A DNA stretch of 64,000 bases from an uncultured Candidatus Saccharibacteria bacterium (GTDB lineage: Bacteria; Patescibacteriota; Dojkabacteria; SC72): contig CAYOEG010000001.1 of the NCBI GenBank assembly GCA_964403155.1, forward strand, positions 85,550 to 149,549, given 5' to 3'. This document shows, piece after piece, positions 40,189 to 49,051 of the stretch. Each line of letters starts with the position of its first letter. The first letter of the stretch is position 1. The notes below the pieces were generated by a model. That model saw nothing but the letters and a program-made list of their open reading frames with translations. It had not been told where the DNA came from and did no database searches. Made by a program: the position numbers and the translations under genes.

Positions 40189-41311
40189 CTACAACAAGCA
40201 AGATTCCAATTATCCACGAGACCTTCCCTGTTTTAGGAAGAATACTCTTCTCTTCGATATTTTCATCAGTAACCCCAAGTACAGATTCTCCTGTACCCTC
40301 TTCTACAGACTCTTCTTCTACATACTCTTTTTCTGCAAACTTCTCTACCCAATTATCATAAGACATAGTGTACGGAATTCTCTTTACACACAAGCTCTCT
40401 CTTGCTGGTTGTACAGAGGCACCTGGGACAATAGCATCTCCTCTATATGCGAATACAGATACTGCGTTAGTATCTGTGTACGTGTAGTAAGGCGAGCCAT
40501 ATACCGAACAAATTTCCTTAATATTTGGATTGTATATTGAAAACACTTCTAACTCCTCGGGAACATCACTTAAAGAGAATTTGACTACATGTTCATCCCC
40601 TGCGCCTAAATCAAATTTCTCTTCATGTGTAAGATATTTGAATACAAGATTATTTAGATATTCCTTGCTCATATTACGAATATATACACTAATATCTACA
40701 GTTTCATCATCATTTCTAATATACTCTGCTTCCCCTATTTCCAACGGATTCTTAATCTTCGTACTCTCAAGTATATATCCTCCTTCTTTACCATTGGGGA
40801 TTTCTCCAATCCCATCATACTGTTTGTAAATTCCAGATTTAATCAAATTCTGATTAGAGTATTTGTACAAAAGATTTGTCGTGTTTACATCTGATATATT
40901 TAATACATCAGTTAAATCCCCCATCTCTGAATTATTTCGACTTAATACTAAATTTACCTTAGAAATATTTATACTATGTCCAGCACTATTTTTTAAAAGA
41001 TATATCAAATCTACGCTAGTACCTGGAGGACCATATACTCGATCTGCCACCACAGGGATTCTCCTTGGGAAATCAAAATCTATATATCCTGAGATACCAG
41101 TGGAAAGAATCCCACTGGTACTTTCAGCCATAAAGTCTGAGCGTACATATTGTATATCCTCTATATCAGGATAGCCTTCGGTTCCTAGTGCTACAGCTTG
41201 ATAGTACTGATTAGCACTAGCATCTTTACTTACATCAAAGCTATCTGCATACACAGGAGTTGCGAAAATTATGAAGAAGTACAAGATCATTTTGAGAATC
41301 TTTCTCGCCAT
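40088..41311 (-). CDS. LPXTG-motif cell-surface protein (sortase substrate) with signal peptide
   Basis: MARKILKMILYFFIIFATPVYA signal. C-terminal LPKTG, then a hydrophobic segment, then the K/R-rich tail KNTNSR..K..KQR. The 3' end overlaps the cca start region. Confidence 0.6.
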   Translation of the reverse strand: MARKILKMILYFFIIFATPVYADSFDVSKDASANQYYQAVALGTEGYPDIEDIQYVRSDFMAESTSGILSTGISGYIDFDFPRRIPVVADRVYGPPGTSVDLIYLLKNSAGHSINISKVNLVLSRNNSEMGDLTDVLNISDVNTTNLLYKYSNQNLIKSGIYKQYDGIGEIPNGKEGGYILESTKIKNPLEIGEAEYIRNDDETVDISVYIRNMSKEYLNNLVFKYLTHEEKFDLGAGDEHVVKFSLSDVPEELEVFSIYNPNIKEICSVYGSPYYTYTDTNAVSVFAYRGDAIVPGASVQPARESLCVKRIPYTMSYDNWVEKFAEKEYVEEESVEEGTGESVLGVTDENIEEKSILPKTGKVSWIIGILLVVDVVLWYSWYIYESKNTNSRLCTKSSKNAKQRGL

Positions 41312-41372
41312 AGTGAAGGTATAATAATTTAATACCTCCACATTACAGTACTAAAATGAAATTCCTCTGAAC

Positions 41373-43745
41373 TTACTTTGCTATCTTTACCTTGTCAGTC
41401 ACATAGAAATTACGCTTGAACTTCGATAGACCCAACATCATCTCTGTCTGAGCCTGCACATATGGTATGAAGCCGAAGGTAAGCATATTTACAGTAACAA
41501 GGAATGTTTCAGCGAAATCTAAAAGATGTCTCCACCATTTCCAATTCTTTGGCACAGAAGAAAGCTGCCTTCTAAAAATCACCAGCGGAATATTCGTAAG
41601 AGTAATAGCAGTAAAGATATAGCTTAACGCTTTTTGCAGATTGTATGCCAATACAGTGTACTGGTAGCTCGGACTTAACCATCCCATTATTAAAAGACCA
41701 AAGGTTAAAACAAATACCACTGTCATATACCAAACCTGATACTCAAAAATATTCTTAAGCATAAAAGCTCTACGATATACAGGGAAACCTTCATCCTTTT
41801 TGAAAAGAGATGCCATCGTAATTGGGACATTCACAGATCCCCATCCCCATCTATGCTGCTGCTTGTAATATGATACATGTGTCTTAACAAATGTCTCATT
41901 TTCTACAGCATCATTGTAAGTCGGGATATATACCTCTTGGCTTTTAAATGTACCCTTACTTCTCACCATAGCATTCCAATAGAAAGCTGTGTCATCATTA
42001 GCGATCTCTGGATCCCAGAATTCAAAATCCTTAAGTGTTTTCAGATTTACAATATATGAAGAGAAGGTATCTCTAACATATATACGCTCGCCTAAGAAAG
42101 GAATCCTTTTGAATTTATCCACTACCCAGTTCTGAAGTAATACCAGTGTCAACATATTAGACTGCGCTCTGATTAAAGGTGGAACTCTCCAGATATTGTT
42201 GTTAAACGTGTGAACAGCAGTCGCATAGTATGTATTATCTCTGTCCTCTGTATGCAAGTATTTGTACAAGACGGCAGAAAGATACTTAGGGTGAGGTCTA
42301 AGGTCAGAGTCGCAAGTTGCAACCATATAGTTGGCAATATCTTTCCCCTCTTTCTCAACATCTTGAACAAAATGTCTTGCAGCCCAGTTAATGTTCGCAC
42401 CCTTCACACCTGCGACCTCTCCTTCAATGCCTGCAGGATGGATGTAGTACCGCATACTTCCAAATTTCTTTCCATATTTTTCTTTGAGATGTTTAAAGTT
42501 CGCCTCTTGTAAATCTTTTTTCCTTTCTTCCATAGCTACAACTACATCTATCCTGTCTGCCCCAATATCACTCTTTGACCAAGCATCAAATGTTGGCTCT
42601 AAAACATCTAAAGATTCGCCATACACTGGACATAGATACATAAACCTGACGGTTTTTGCTTCTTCTCCTACCTCCTCATTAATCTTTTTTACCCAGTCTG
42701 TAGTTGTCTCTTTCTTCATTCTCTTAAGTCCAATTGCTATACCTGTTACGAATTTAATTGTCCTAAGAGACCAATATGCAACTAGGAAGGCAATATATAT
42801 GGCGAAGGCCTGATTCCACCTAAATATGGCAAAGATGAATGGTGCGAGTAAGAATAGCCACATGAACATACCAGGAAGAAATTCATAGAACCTTCTTAGT
42901 GCCGTGGAGGTGCCTTTAGGAAATCCCCCCTCTTTGTCTCTTGGTTTGTATGGGTTCTCATATTTAATAACTCCACCTAAAGTACCATAGAGCCTGCTGC
43001 TAACTTCATTTACCTTGTAACCAAAATCTCTAGTCAAAGGTGCTCGAACCAATGATATTGATATGATGCCCAATACTCCTGCAAGGAATGCTTTGACACC
43101 AGCTAGAAATGATCCGTCTCTTTCATTTCTTCCTGTAACAACCAAACCTACTTTCTTTTTAATAATTCTGTATCGGAATCCCTTTGCCACTATCTTCTGA
43201 ATTAGTAATGTATCCTCCATATATTTAAACTCAGCAACAAAACCTCCTACTGCTTCAAAAGCCTCTCTCCTAACAATCACAAAACCTGCATAATCCCATT
43301 TAAGCCCCTTGATAGGATTCATAGCACTAAGATTCTTTGCCACATTAATAAACTTGGTTGCCAAATCTTTGTTCACAGATCTTTCACCTGTGTATTCAAA
43401 TTGAGAAGTAGCACAATCCAACTTCATATAGTTAAATTCATCCACAATTTCTTTTAAATCATTTTCCCCTAAGAACTGAACATCCGCATCCATGAATATG
43501 ACAATGTCTTTCTCTGCAGCATTAAAACCATTGTTTCTCCCTACCGCTGGAATACCACCTTCGACGACTTTTGCTCCATACTTTTTAGATATTTCTCTTG
43601 TGTTGTCTTCTGATTTTGCGTCTGGAACTATTACTTCATATGGTTGATACGTCTGTTTTTTAATACTTTCTAATATCACCGGCATATTCTTTTCCTCATT
43701 CTTAACCGGTATAACTATTGAAACTGGTAATATCTTCTTTTCCAT
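41373..43745 (-). CDS. Large membrane glycosyltransferase with N-terminal GT2 domain and a second GT2-like/TM region
   Basis: VSIVIPVKNEEKNM...YEVIVPDAKSEDNT is a GT-A fold. Two DxD-like regions. Multiple TM helices in the middle. Confidence 0.75.
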   Translation of the reverse strand: MEKKILPVSIVIPVKNEEKNMPVILESIKKQTYQPYEVIVPDAKSEDNTREISKKYGAKVVEGGIPAVGRNNGFNAAEKDIVIFMDADVQFLGENDLKEIVDEFNYMKLDCATSQFEYTGERSVNKDLATKFINVAKNLSAMNPIKGLKWDYAGFVIVRREAFEAVGGFVAEFKYMEDTLLIQKIVAKGFRYRIIKKKVGLVVTGRNERDGSFLAGVKAFLAGVLGIISISLVRAPLTRDFGYKVNEVSSRLYGTLGGVIKYENPYKPRDKEGGFPKGTSTALRRFYEFLPGMFMWLFLLAPFIFAIFRWNQAFAIYIAFLVAYWSLRTIKFVTGIAIGLKRMKKETTTDWVKKINEEVGEEAKTVRFMYLCPVYGESLDVLEPTFDAWSKSDIGADRIDVVVAMEERKKDLQEANFKHLKEKYGKKFGSMRYYIHPAGIEGEVAGVKGANINWAARHFVQDVEKEGKDIANYMVATCDSDLRPHPKYLSAVLYKYLHTEDRDNTYYATAVHTFNNNIWRVPPLIRAQSNMLTLVLLQNWVVDKFKRIPFLGERIYVRDTFSSYIVNLKTLKDFEFWDPEIANDDTAFYWNAMVRSKGTFKSQEVYIPTYNDAVENETFVKTHVSYYKQQHRWGWGSVNVPITMASLFKKDEGFPVYRRAFMLKNIFEYQVWYMTVVFVLTFGLLIMGWLSPSYQYTVLAYNLQKALSYIFTAITLTNIPLVIFRRQLSSVPKNWKWWRHLLDFAETFLVTVNMLTFGFIPYVQAQTEMMLGLSKFKRNFYVTDKVKIAK

Positions 43746-44357
43746 TTAATTGATTTTCTTAAATATGTTAAGCACCCACTTTGTTATCTTCTTCTGATTA
43801 GTTTGGTATATGAGGAAGAGTACTATGAATATTATAACAGCGATTCCAAGTACCTTGAAGATATCATATACCTTAGCAAATTCCCCTATTCCTTTCCCTA
43901 CCATATATCCTAGAAATGAGAGTAATGCTGCCCTACTTCCCGCCACTATGAATGCATATTTTAAGAAGTTACCAATATTCAAAGCTTTCACTTTCCCCAT
44001 ATACAAAAGACCTGGAATTGCCAATGGCCCAGCAAACTTAACCAGCATTAGTGTAGCTCCAGGATGGGTTTTGTATGAATTATCCAATGTTTTAAGGAAT
44101 TCACTTTTACTACTATCTAGATTTTTCTTTACAAATTTCGAATTGGAAAGTTTTCTGCCTAAGAGGAAGTAGAACATATCTACTATTAATTCAATAACTA
44201 TTGCAGCTACACATATTATCCATATGTTTAGAACTCCCGTAGCAGCTAGTGTAGATGCTATGAAGTTAGTTGATGAGCCATCTATGAAGAAACATAAAAA
44301 AACAACAGGGTATCGGGCTGTGGATATTAGTTGGGTTATGTATGTAAGTATATTCAT
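43746..44357 (-). CDS. Membrane protein, possibly DedA/SNARE-associated family
   Basis: 203 aa with 5-6 TM helices. Weak resemblance only. Confidence 0.3.
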   Translation of the reverse strand: MNILTYITQLISTARYPVVFLCFFIDGSSTNFIASTLAATGVLNIWIICVAAIVIELIVDMFYFLLGRKLSNSKFVKKNLDSSKSEFLKTLDNSYKTHPGATLMLVKFAGPLAIPGLLYMGKVKALNIGNFLKYAFIVAGSRAALLSFLGYMVGKGIGEFAKVYDIFKVLGIAVIIFIVLFLIYQTNQKKITKWVLNIFKKIN

Positions 44358-44439
44358 AACGGTATTCTTGTAGATGATACATTAAACGGGGTGTAGATTA
44401 CAATTAACCGTTTTTTAGTTGAAAATCTTTACGAATTGG

Positions 44440-44473
44440 ACCAGTGTGGTTGTTTTGGAGCAACCACACTGGT
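44440..44473. repeat. Perfect 13-bp inverted repeat ACCAGTGTGGTTG / CAACCACACTGGT with an 8-nt loop in a GC-richer non-coding patch
   Basis: Read directly. No adjacent U-tract. Confidence 0.5.
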
Positions 44474-44498
44474 TACTTCGTCGTTAAGGGAGAAGCTG

Positions 44499-44864
44499 TC
44501 ATGCCTTTTTGCTTGCAACCCCTTTTCGGATTGAGAGTGCCTTGTAGTAAAGCATCCTCAGAAAAGCAAGAACGCACATGAAGCCTTTGATGATTGTTTT
44601 TTGGATTGCTTTCTTGAAGAACAACAAGTCCGTTAACCAAACAATGAGGATTGAGATCAGGATTATCTGATAGATATCCTTAAGGATGATCAACATTACC
44701 AACTGAGCAATCATCATTCCCAGCAGGGTAAGTGTCAAAGTCGCAACCTTTCTCATGTTCTGATAAATCTCAAGCAACTCCATGAGAACGATGAAGCCTA
44801 GCACGATTGCACCTACTGCCGTTACACCGTACGCTATTTTAAGAGCTAACATTTTGCCTCCCAT
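44499..44864 (-). CDS. Small membrane protein (3 TM), GC-richer than its surroundings
   Basis: 121-aa ORF with GGAGG RBS. G+C content is visibly higher than in flanking genes. Confidence 0.4.
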   Translation of the reverse strand: MGGKMLALKIAYGVTAVGAIVLGFIVLMELLEIYQNMRKVATLTLTLLGMMIAQLVMLIILKDIYQIILISILIVWLTDLLFFKKAIQKTIIKGFMCVLAFLRMLYYKALSIRKGVASKKA

Positions 44865-44949
44865 TCAGCAAACGAAGTTTTAATTCCTATCGAGGAATTA
44901 ATTCAACCTAATTATACTATAAGTTTTTTGGAATGCGCAATTAAAAGGT

Positions 44950-44990
44950 TTACGAGAAGAAAAACGGCACCCGTTAAATTGCCGAAACGG
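44950..44990 (-). terminator. Intrinsic terminator (stem CGGCA...UGCCG plus U-tract) containing the motif AAACGGCACCCGT; downstream of gene 45041-45742
   Basis: Minus-strand reading: cggcaatttaacgggtgccg followed by tttttcttct. Confidence 0.5.
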
Positions 44991-45040
44991 ATATGTTGTT
45001 CTTTTTTTGAATGATACATGAAAGCACTAGGCTAGTAAAT

Positions 45041-45742
45041 CTACAAATCCGTTGATTTCAGGAGATTACCGCTTATTCCATCTAAGTAGCTAACCCTTGT
45101 TCTTAATCCTTGTGAGTACTCATTTGTAGGATCTTCTAATTTACTTCTGCTATATTCATTTACCTGCCATACAGGTGTATTTCCATATTCTCTTTGAACA
45201 TCAGATAGCCCGAAATTGTAAGTAATATAGCTTGAATTAAAATCTAATCCTGAAGATATCATCTTTGTATATATATCCTCCGAATTTACAAACCCTTCCG
45301 GATTAAAGAAATTCCTAACATCTGGATCTGCTTCGAACTCTGTTTGTCCCCATGTGACGACACCTCCATCTAAATATACAGTCCCATCCATCCATCTAAC
45401 AGTTGCGTCTTGTTTCAGGGATTTGGAATATATGAAGCAACTCCAGGTTGGCATTTTTCCATCTTCTCCACCTACATATATTTGTTTCCCATTAATCTCA
45501 TATGGGGTTACTACTCCGGAGCAGCTGAGATATTGTACATCTGGTGCCCATTCTAAAGCGAATTTCTTCATATAAAAGAATGCGTCCGTACTATCTATCA
45601 TTGCGGGGGTTGGTATTGATTCCGCAAGATCTTTTGCTTGCTTATTTTTATTTATTAATACTAGGGTAATAGATGTTCCGATTGCTAATGTTGCTATTAT
45701 TATCGCAATAATAATAAGAAGTTTTTTCTTCTTTTTATCCAT
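45041..45742 (-). CDS. Secreted/membrane-anchored hypothetical protein
   Basis: N-terminal Lys-rich segment followed by a TM helix. Confidence 0.4.
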   Translation of the reverse strand: MDKKKKKLLIIIAIIIATLAIGTSITLVLINKNKQAKDLAESIPTPAMIDSTDAFFYMKKFALEWAPDVQYLSCSGVVTPYEINGKQIYVGGEDGKMPTWSCFIYSKSLKQDATVRWMDGTVYLDGGVVTWGQTEFEADPDVRNFFNPEGFVNSEDIYTKMISSGLDFNSSYITYNFGLSDVQREYGNTPVWQVNEYSRSKLEDPTNEYSQGLRTRVSYLDGISGNLLKSTDL

Positions 45743-45781
45743 TAGTTATGAATAATATATTAATATACATATATTATCATA

Positions 45782-46387
45782 TTAATCCTTCTTTATTTTA
45801 TTACTAACCTTTTTTGCTGTCTTTTTAATATCCTCTACTATCTCATCCACTTCTTCCTTAATTGCTTTCTTAGTAGCTTTGACTTCTTTAATTGGTTCGA
45901 GGATATCAATAATCTTGTCTAATTTTTTGTTTAATTTTTCAATATCTGCTTTTAGATCTCCACAATCACAGTTACAACCTCCACTACTCTTCTTACCATT
46001 CTTTACTTCGAAACATTCGCTACATAGGACAGGTTTGCTGCTTTGTGGTTTGAATGGTACTTCACAGTCTTTACCACACTGATCACATACTACAGAGAAC
46101 ATCTGTCTATCTTCCCTACCTCTAAAGCTATCTCTTCCATAGCTTGGTCTTCTGTCTCTACTTCTTCCTCTGTCATCTCCACCTTTTCCTTCAAAACATT
46201 CACTACAGTATGTTGGTTTGTCTCCTGATGGTCTGAATGGTACTCTACAGTCTTTTCCACATTGATCACATACTGCATCGAACATTTCTGGTCTATCTCC
46301 TCTATTGCCACCAAATCCTCTTCCTCCACCACCAAAGCTTCTACCACCACCTCTATTATTTCCACCTGATCTATTAAAGTCTCTCAT
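45782..46387 (-). CDS. RGG/RG-rich protein with two tandem CxxC-x17-CxxC zinc-ribbon units and a Lys/Glu-rich C-terminal helix; putative nucleic-acid-binding protein
   Basis: Unit 1 is FDAVCDQCGKDCRVPFRPSGDKPTYCSECFE. Unit 2 is FSVVCDQCGKDCEVPFKPQSSKPVLCSECFE. The N-terminus is GGNNRGGGRSFGGGGRGFGG. Confidence 0.5.
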   Translation of the reverse strand: MRDFNRSGGNNRGGGRSFGGGGRGFGGNRGDRPEMFDAVCDQCGKDCRVPFRPSGDKPTYCSECFEGKGGDDRGRSRDRRPSYGRDSFRGREDRQMFSVVCDQCGKDCEVPFKPQSSKPVLCSECFEVKNGKKSSGGCNCDCGDLKADIEKLNKKLDKIIDILEPIKEVKATKKAIKEEVDEIVEDIKKTAKKVSNKIKKD

Positions 46388-46526
46388 TTATATATATTTC
46401 TTTTTAATTTATTAACACAGTGAGTATATTCTAAAGCTGTTGGAATAACAATGAAGATTAATATGGGGCATTACAAAGAGCCAGTGGCAATATATCAAAG
46501 CCACTGGCTCACCTTGCACATCTGAT

Positions 46527-46808
46527 CTACTCGTCGTAATAACCTGGCACAGGGTAAGGACCATCGTCAAGGTTATTCGCTAGGAGGAAAAACAGCGAAG
46601 CGATCACGAATATGATAGCCAAAACCCAGACCCACCAAGTATGGATGATTGCGCCCATCACAATGTCTCCAATACTCGATACAAGCCCCACCAATCCAAA
46701 CACGTTGGCTGTTTTGGTTTTACCTTTCGTCAAAAGGATCAACAAGCCCACGAGTCCAACGACTGCAAGGACGGCAAAAACAGTTGTTATCACAATTTTT
46801 GGTTCCAT
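46527..46808 (-). CDS. Small membrane protein (3 TM), GC-richer than its surroundings
   Basis: 93-aa ORF. The composition shift is visible in the DNA. Confidence 0.4.
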   Translation of the reverse strand: MEPKIVITTVFAVLAVVGLVGLLILLTKGKTKTANVFGLVGLVSSIGDIVMGAIIHTWWVWVLAIIFVIASLFFLLANNLDDGPYPVPGYYDE

Positions 46809-46939
46809 CTCTTTTTCTCTCCCTTTTTAGAGTGCAAGGTCTATACTTCCCACGGAAGTAATTAACTGGATTATACTATTAAATAAAGAGTTTTTACATA
46901 TCTAATGGTTATGAAGATCAATATTCGGTATGGTTGTTA

Positions 46940-46980
46940 AAAGAAAAACGGCACCCGTGTTTTTTTTACGGATGCCGTAG
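46940..46980 (-). terminator. Intrinsic terminator (11-bp stem with one mismatch, 9-nt loop, U-tract) containing the same motif GAAAAACGGCACCCGT; downstream of gene 47001-47399
   Basis: acggcacccgt-gtttttttt-acggatgccgt. On the minus strand it is followed by UUUUUCUUUU. Confidence 0.55.
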
Positions 46981-47000
46981 TTCTTTGTTAAAATCACTTC

Positions 47001-47399
47001 TCAATCCAATAGACTGAAATCGCTTGCCATTGGATCATTTTTAATCTGTTGGATTCGCTCAGAGTATTCCTCCTTCGACCACTCAGTAACCCACCAGGAT
47101 TCCTCGTCTTCTCGATATTTATATTTGCAGAATGGCTTGTAGCCAACAACCGCGGAGAAAGCATCAATCATTCTCTGACAATATATTCTACAGACTACAA
47201 TCAGAAGATTATCCTTTATCCACGTAATATTCATTAAATTCCCCGCTCCACATAATCCAGTGTACCTACTCCAGCCAGCCATACTTGTATGAATTAAGAA
47301 AAAGAAATCATCCAAAAGCCCTGTTGCTCGGAGATCTTTCTCCATATCCTCTGGCACCCAAACCTTTCTTCCTAATATATCCTTGATTGTTTCAGACAT
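47001..47399 (-). CDS. Hypothetical protein
   Basis: 132-aa ORF. Confidence 0.4.
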   Translation of the reverse strand: MSETIKDILGRKVWVPEDMEKDLRATGLLDDFFFLIHTSMAGWSRYTGLCGAGNLMNITWIKDNLLIVVCRIYCQRMIDAFSAVVGYKPFCKYKYREDEESWWVTEWSKEEYSERIQQIKNDPMASDFSLLD

Positions 47400-47541
47400 A
47401 GCTTTCTCCTTGGAAGTTTCTAAATATGATTTTTGAATAAATGAGTACAGTTTAAGGTCTCAAAGGCCCCAAATTGTACTCACTTAAGTAAGTGATTTTT
47501 AAAGAACATCACAAGATTGAAAATATGTATATGCATATATT

Positions 47542-47572
47542 TATATAATCCTGTATATATAAGGATTATATA
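47542..47572. promoter_or_regulatory. 11-9-11 inverted repeat TATATAATCCT-N9-AGGATTATATA in the intergenic region upstream of gene 47399; candidate operator
   Basis: Read directly from the sequence. Confidence 0.35.
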
Positions 47573-47621
47573 TAATTAACAAAGAGAAATCCACATTATA
47601 GGTTACTATCACTAAGGAAGG

Positions 47622-48065
47622 TTATACACTTGCGATATATTTCTCTATCTTCTCTGATACTCCATCTAAATTTTCCCAAGAGAGAATCTTCAAACCCTCT
47701 TCTATGTTCATCCATACAATTTCCATTCCCGTATCTGCTTCTGCCTTTGTGAAGGTTCTTTCTATTCTTTTATCACTTTTAAGTACAACTAAGAAATAGT
47801 GATCTGTTTTATGTACGTCCTTGTTCCAAGATAATATGTAATCATTTATAGCTACTGGTTCTATTATTTCAATATCGTTATACCCTGTTTCTTCTCCTAC
47901 TTCCCTTTTAGCAGCTTCTTCTAAGCTCTCATTTCCTTCTACATGTCCCTTAGGTAATACATATTTTTCTTCACCCTGTAGATTATGCCTATGGATTACT
48001 AGTAGCTCGTATATATCCCCATTCTTTCTCAAGAGATAGCAACCTGCTGATGTATGTTCTTGCAT
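47622..48065 (-). CDS. NUDIX hydrolase
   Basis: Nudix box GHVEGNESLEEAAKREVGEETGY. Confidence 0.8.
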   Translation of the reverse strand: MQEHTSAGCYLLRKNGDIYELLVIHRHNLQGEEKYVLPKGHVEGNESLEEAAKREVGEETGYNDIEIIEPVAINDYILSWNKDVHKTDHYFLVVLKSDKRIERTFTKAEADTGMEIVWMNIEEGLKILSWENLDGVSEKIEKYIASV

Positions 48066-48075
48066 AGTATTTTAT

Positions 48076-48459
48076 TTATATAACAATATGGTCCTCTTTT
48101 GTCCAACCTGGTATCGAATGTATAAGAACCCAACACTCATCTCCTTTTGCCCAGTGTATATTACTTGGTTCTATTGTATATTTATCTCCCTCTTTTAGAT
48201 TAATAACTTCATCCTCGATATGTAATTCCATATCTCCCTTAAGAATTGTATAGTACTGTGTCATTTTTATATGTTTATGTGGCTTGCTATCTATTATTAC
48301 CTCCACTGCTTTATCATATTCTGGATGTTCATCTACTGGTTCTATCTCACATACAAAATGTAATCCTCTTCCATCTAAGTCATATGCTTTCTTTGAGGGA
48401 TATTTCTCAGATAGTTGTTTGAGTATCCTTTCTGATCTTTGTTGTAAGGTTTCTTCCAT
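48076..48459 (-). CDS. Cupin-domain protein
   Basis: Beta-barrel cupin-like motifs YYTILKGDMELHIEDEVINLKEGDKYTIEPSNIHWAKG. Confidence 0.55.
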   Translation of the reverse strand: MEETLQQRSERILKQLSEKYPSKKAYDLDGRGLHFVCEIEPVDEHPEYDKAVEVIIDSKPHKHIKMTQYYTILKGDMELHIEDEVINLKEGDKYTIEPSNIHWAKGDECWVLIHSIPGWTKEDHIVI

Positions 48460-48472
48460 AGCTAATTATATT

Positions 48473-49051
48473 CTAATTCATAGTATAAACCCATCCTGGT
48501 TCCCACTTCCCTATCTTTCTCCAATCATTTTTAAATGCTTCTTCCCATGTCATATTCTTTAATATTGTATCTAATGCTAATTGTGGTGCTTTATGTGCAA
48601 CTATTGCTATATGTTTACCCTCATATTTCTTTTTAATATCTTCTAAGAAAGATATCATTCTTTGTTTTACATCTTCATATGATTCTCCATTCGGGAATTT
48701 TGTATATATCATTTGTTCTTGTAATGGTTCTACAATATCTGATGGTTTACCATTGTAATCACCATAGTTACATTCTCTTAATCTACTGTCTATTATTATT
48801 GGATATCTTTCTTTAAAGGATAGTTCTGTAGAATGTACAGCTCTTTTTAAATCAGAACAGAATACAATATCAAAGGGAGTAGTGTTTAATAATGGTAATT
48901 CTTTAGATTGTTGTATACCTTTTTCTGATATATCTACATCTTTCCAACCACTGGATATGTGTTGTTCATTATCTGTAGTTGTACCATGAACGAAATAGGT
49001 TATGGTTAACATAGGGTTATTATAGCATGTATAATCTAAGCAATGAAACAA
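48473..49051 (-). CDS. Histidine phosphatase superfamily (phosphoglycerate mutase-like) protein
   Basis: LTITYFVHGTTTDN is an RHG-type motif, and DIVFCSDLKRAVHST follows. The real start is probably the internal Met near 49012. Confidence 0.65.
   Translation of the reverse strand: MFHCLDYTCYNNPMLTITYFVHGTTTDNEQHISSGWKDVDISEKGIQQSKELPLLNTTPFDIVFCSDLKRAVHSTELSFKERYPIIIDSRLRECNYGDYNGKPSDIVEPLQEQMIYTKFPNGESYEDVKQRMISFLEDIKKKYEGKHIAIVAHKAPQLALDTILKNMTWEEAFKNDWRKIGKWEPGWVYTMN

Noticed and set aside
44440-44473. 13-bp perfect inverted repeat as intrinsic terminator of gene 44499-44864
   Set aside because: There is no U-tract immediately 3' of the hairpin on either strand. It is reported as a repeat only.
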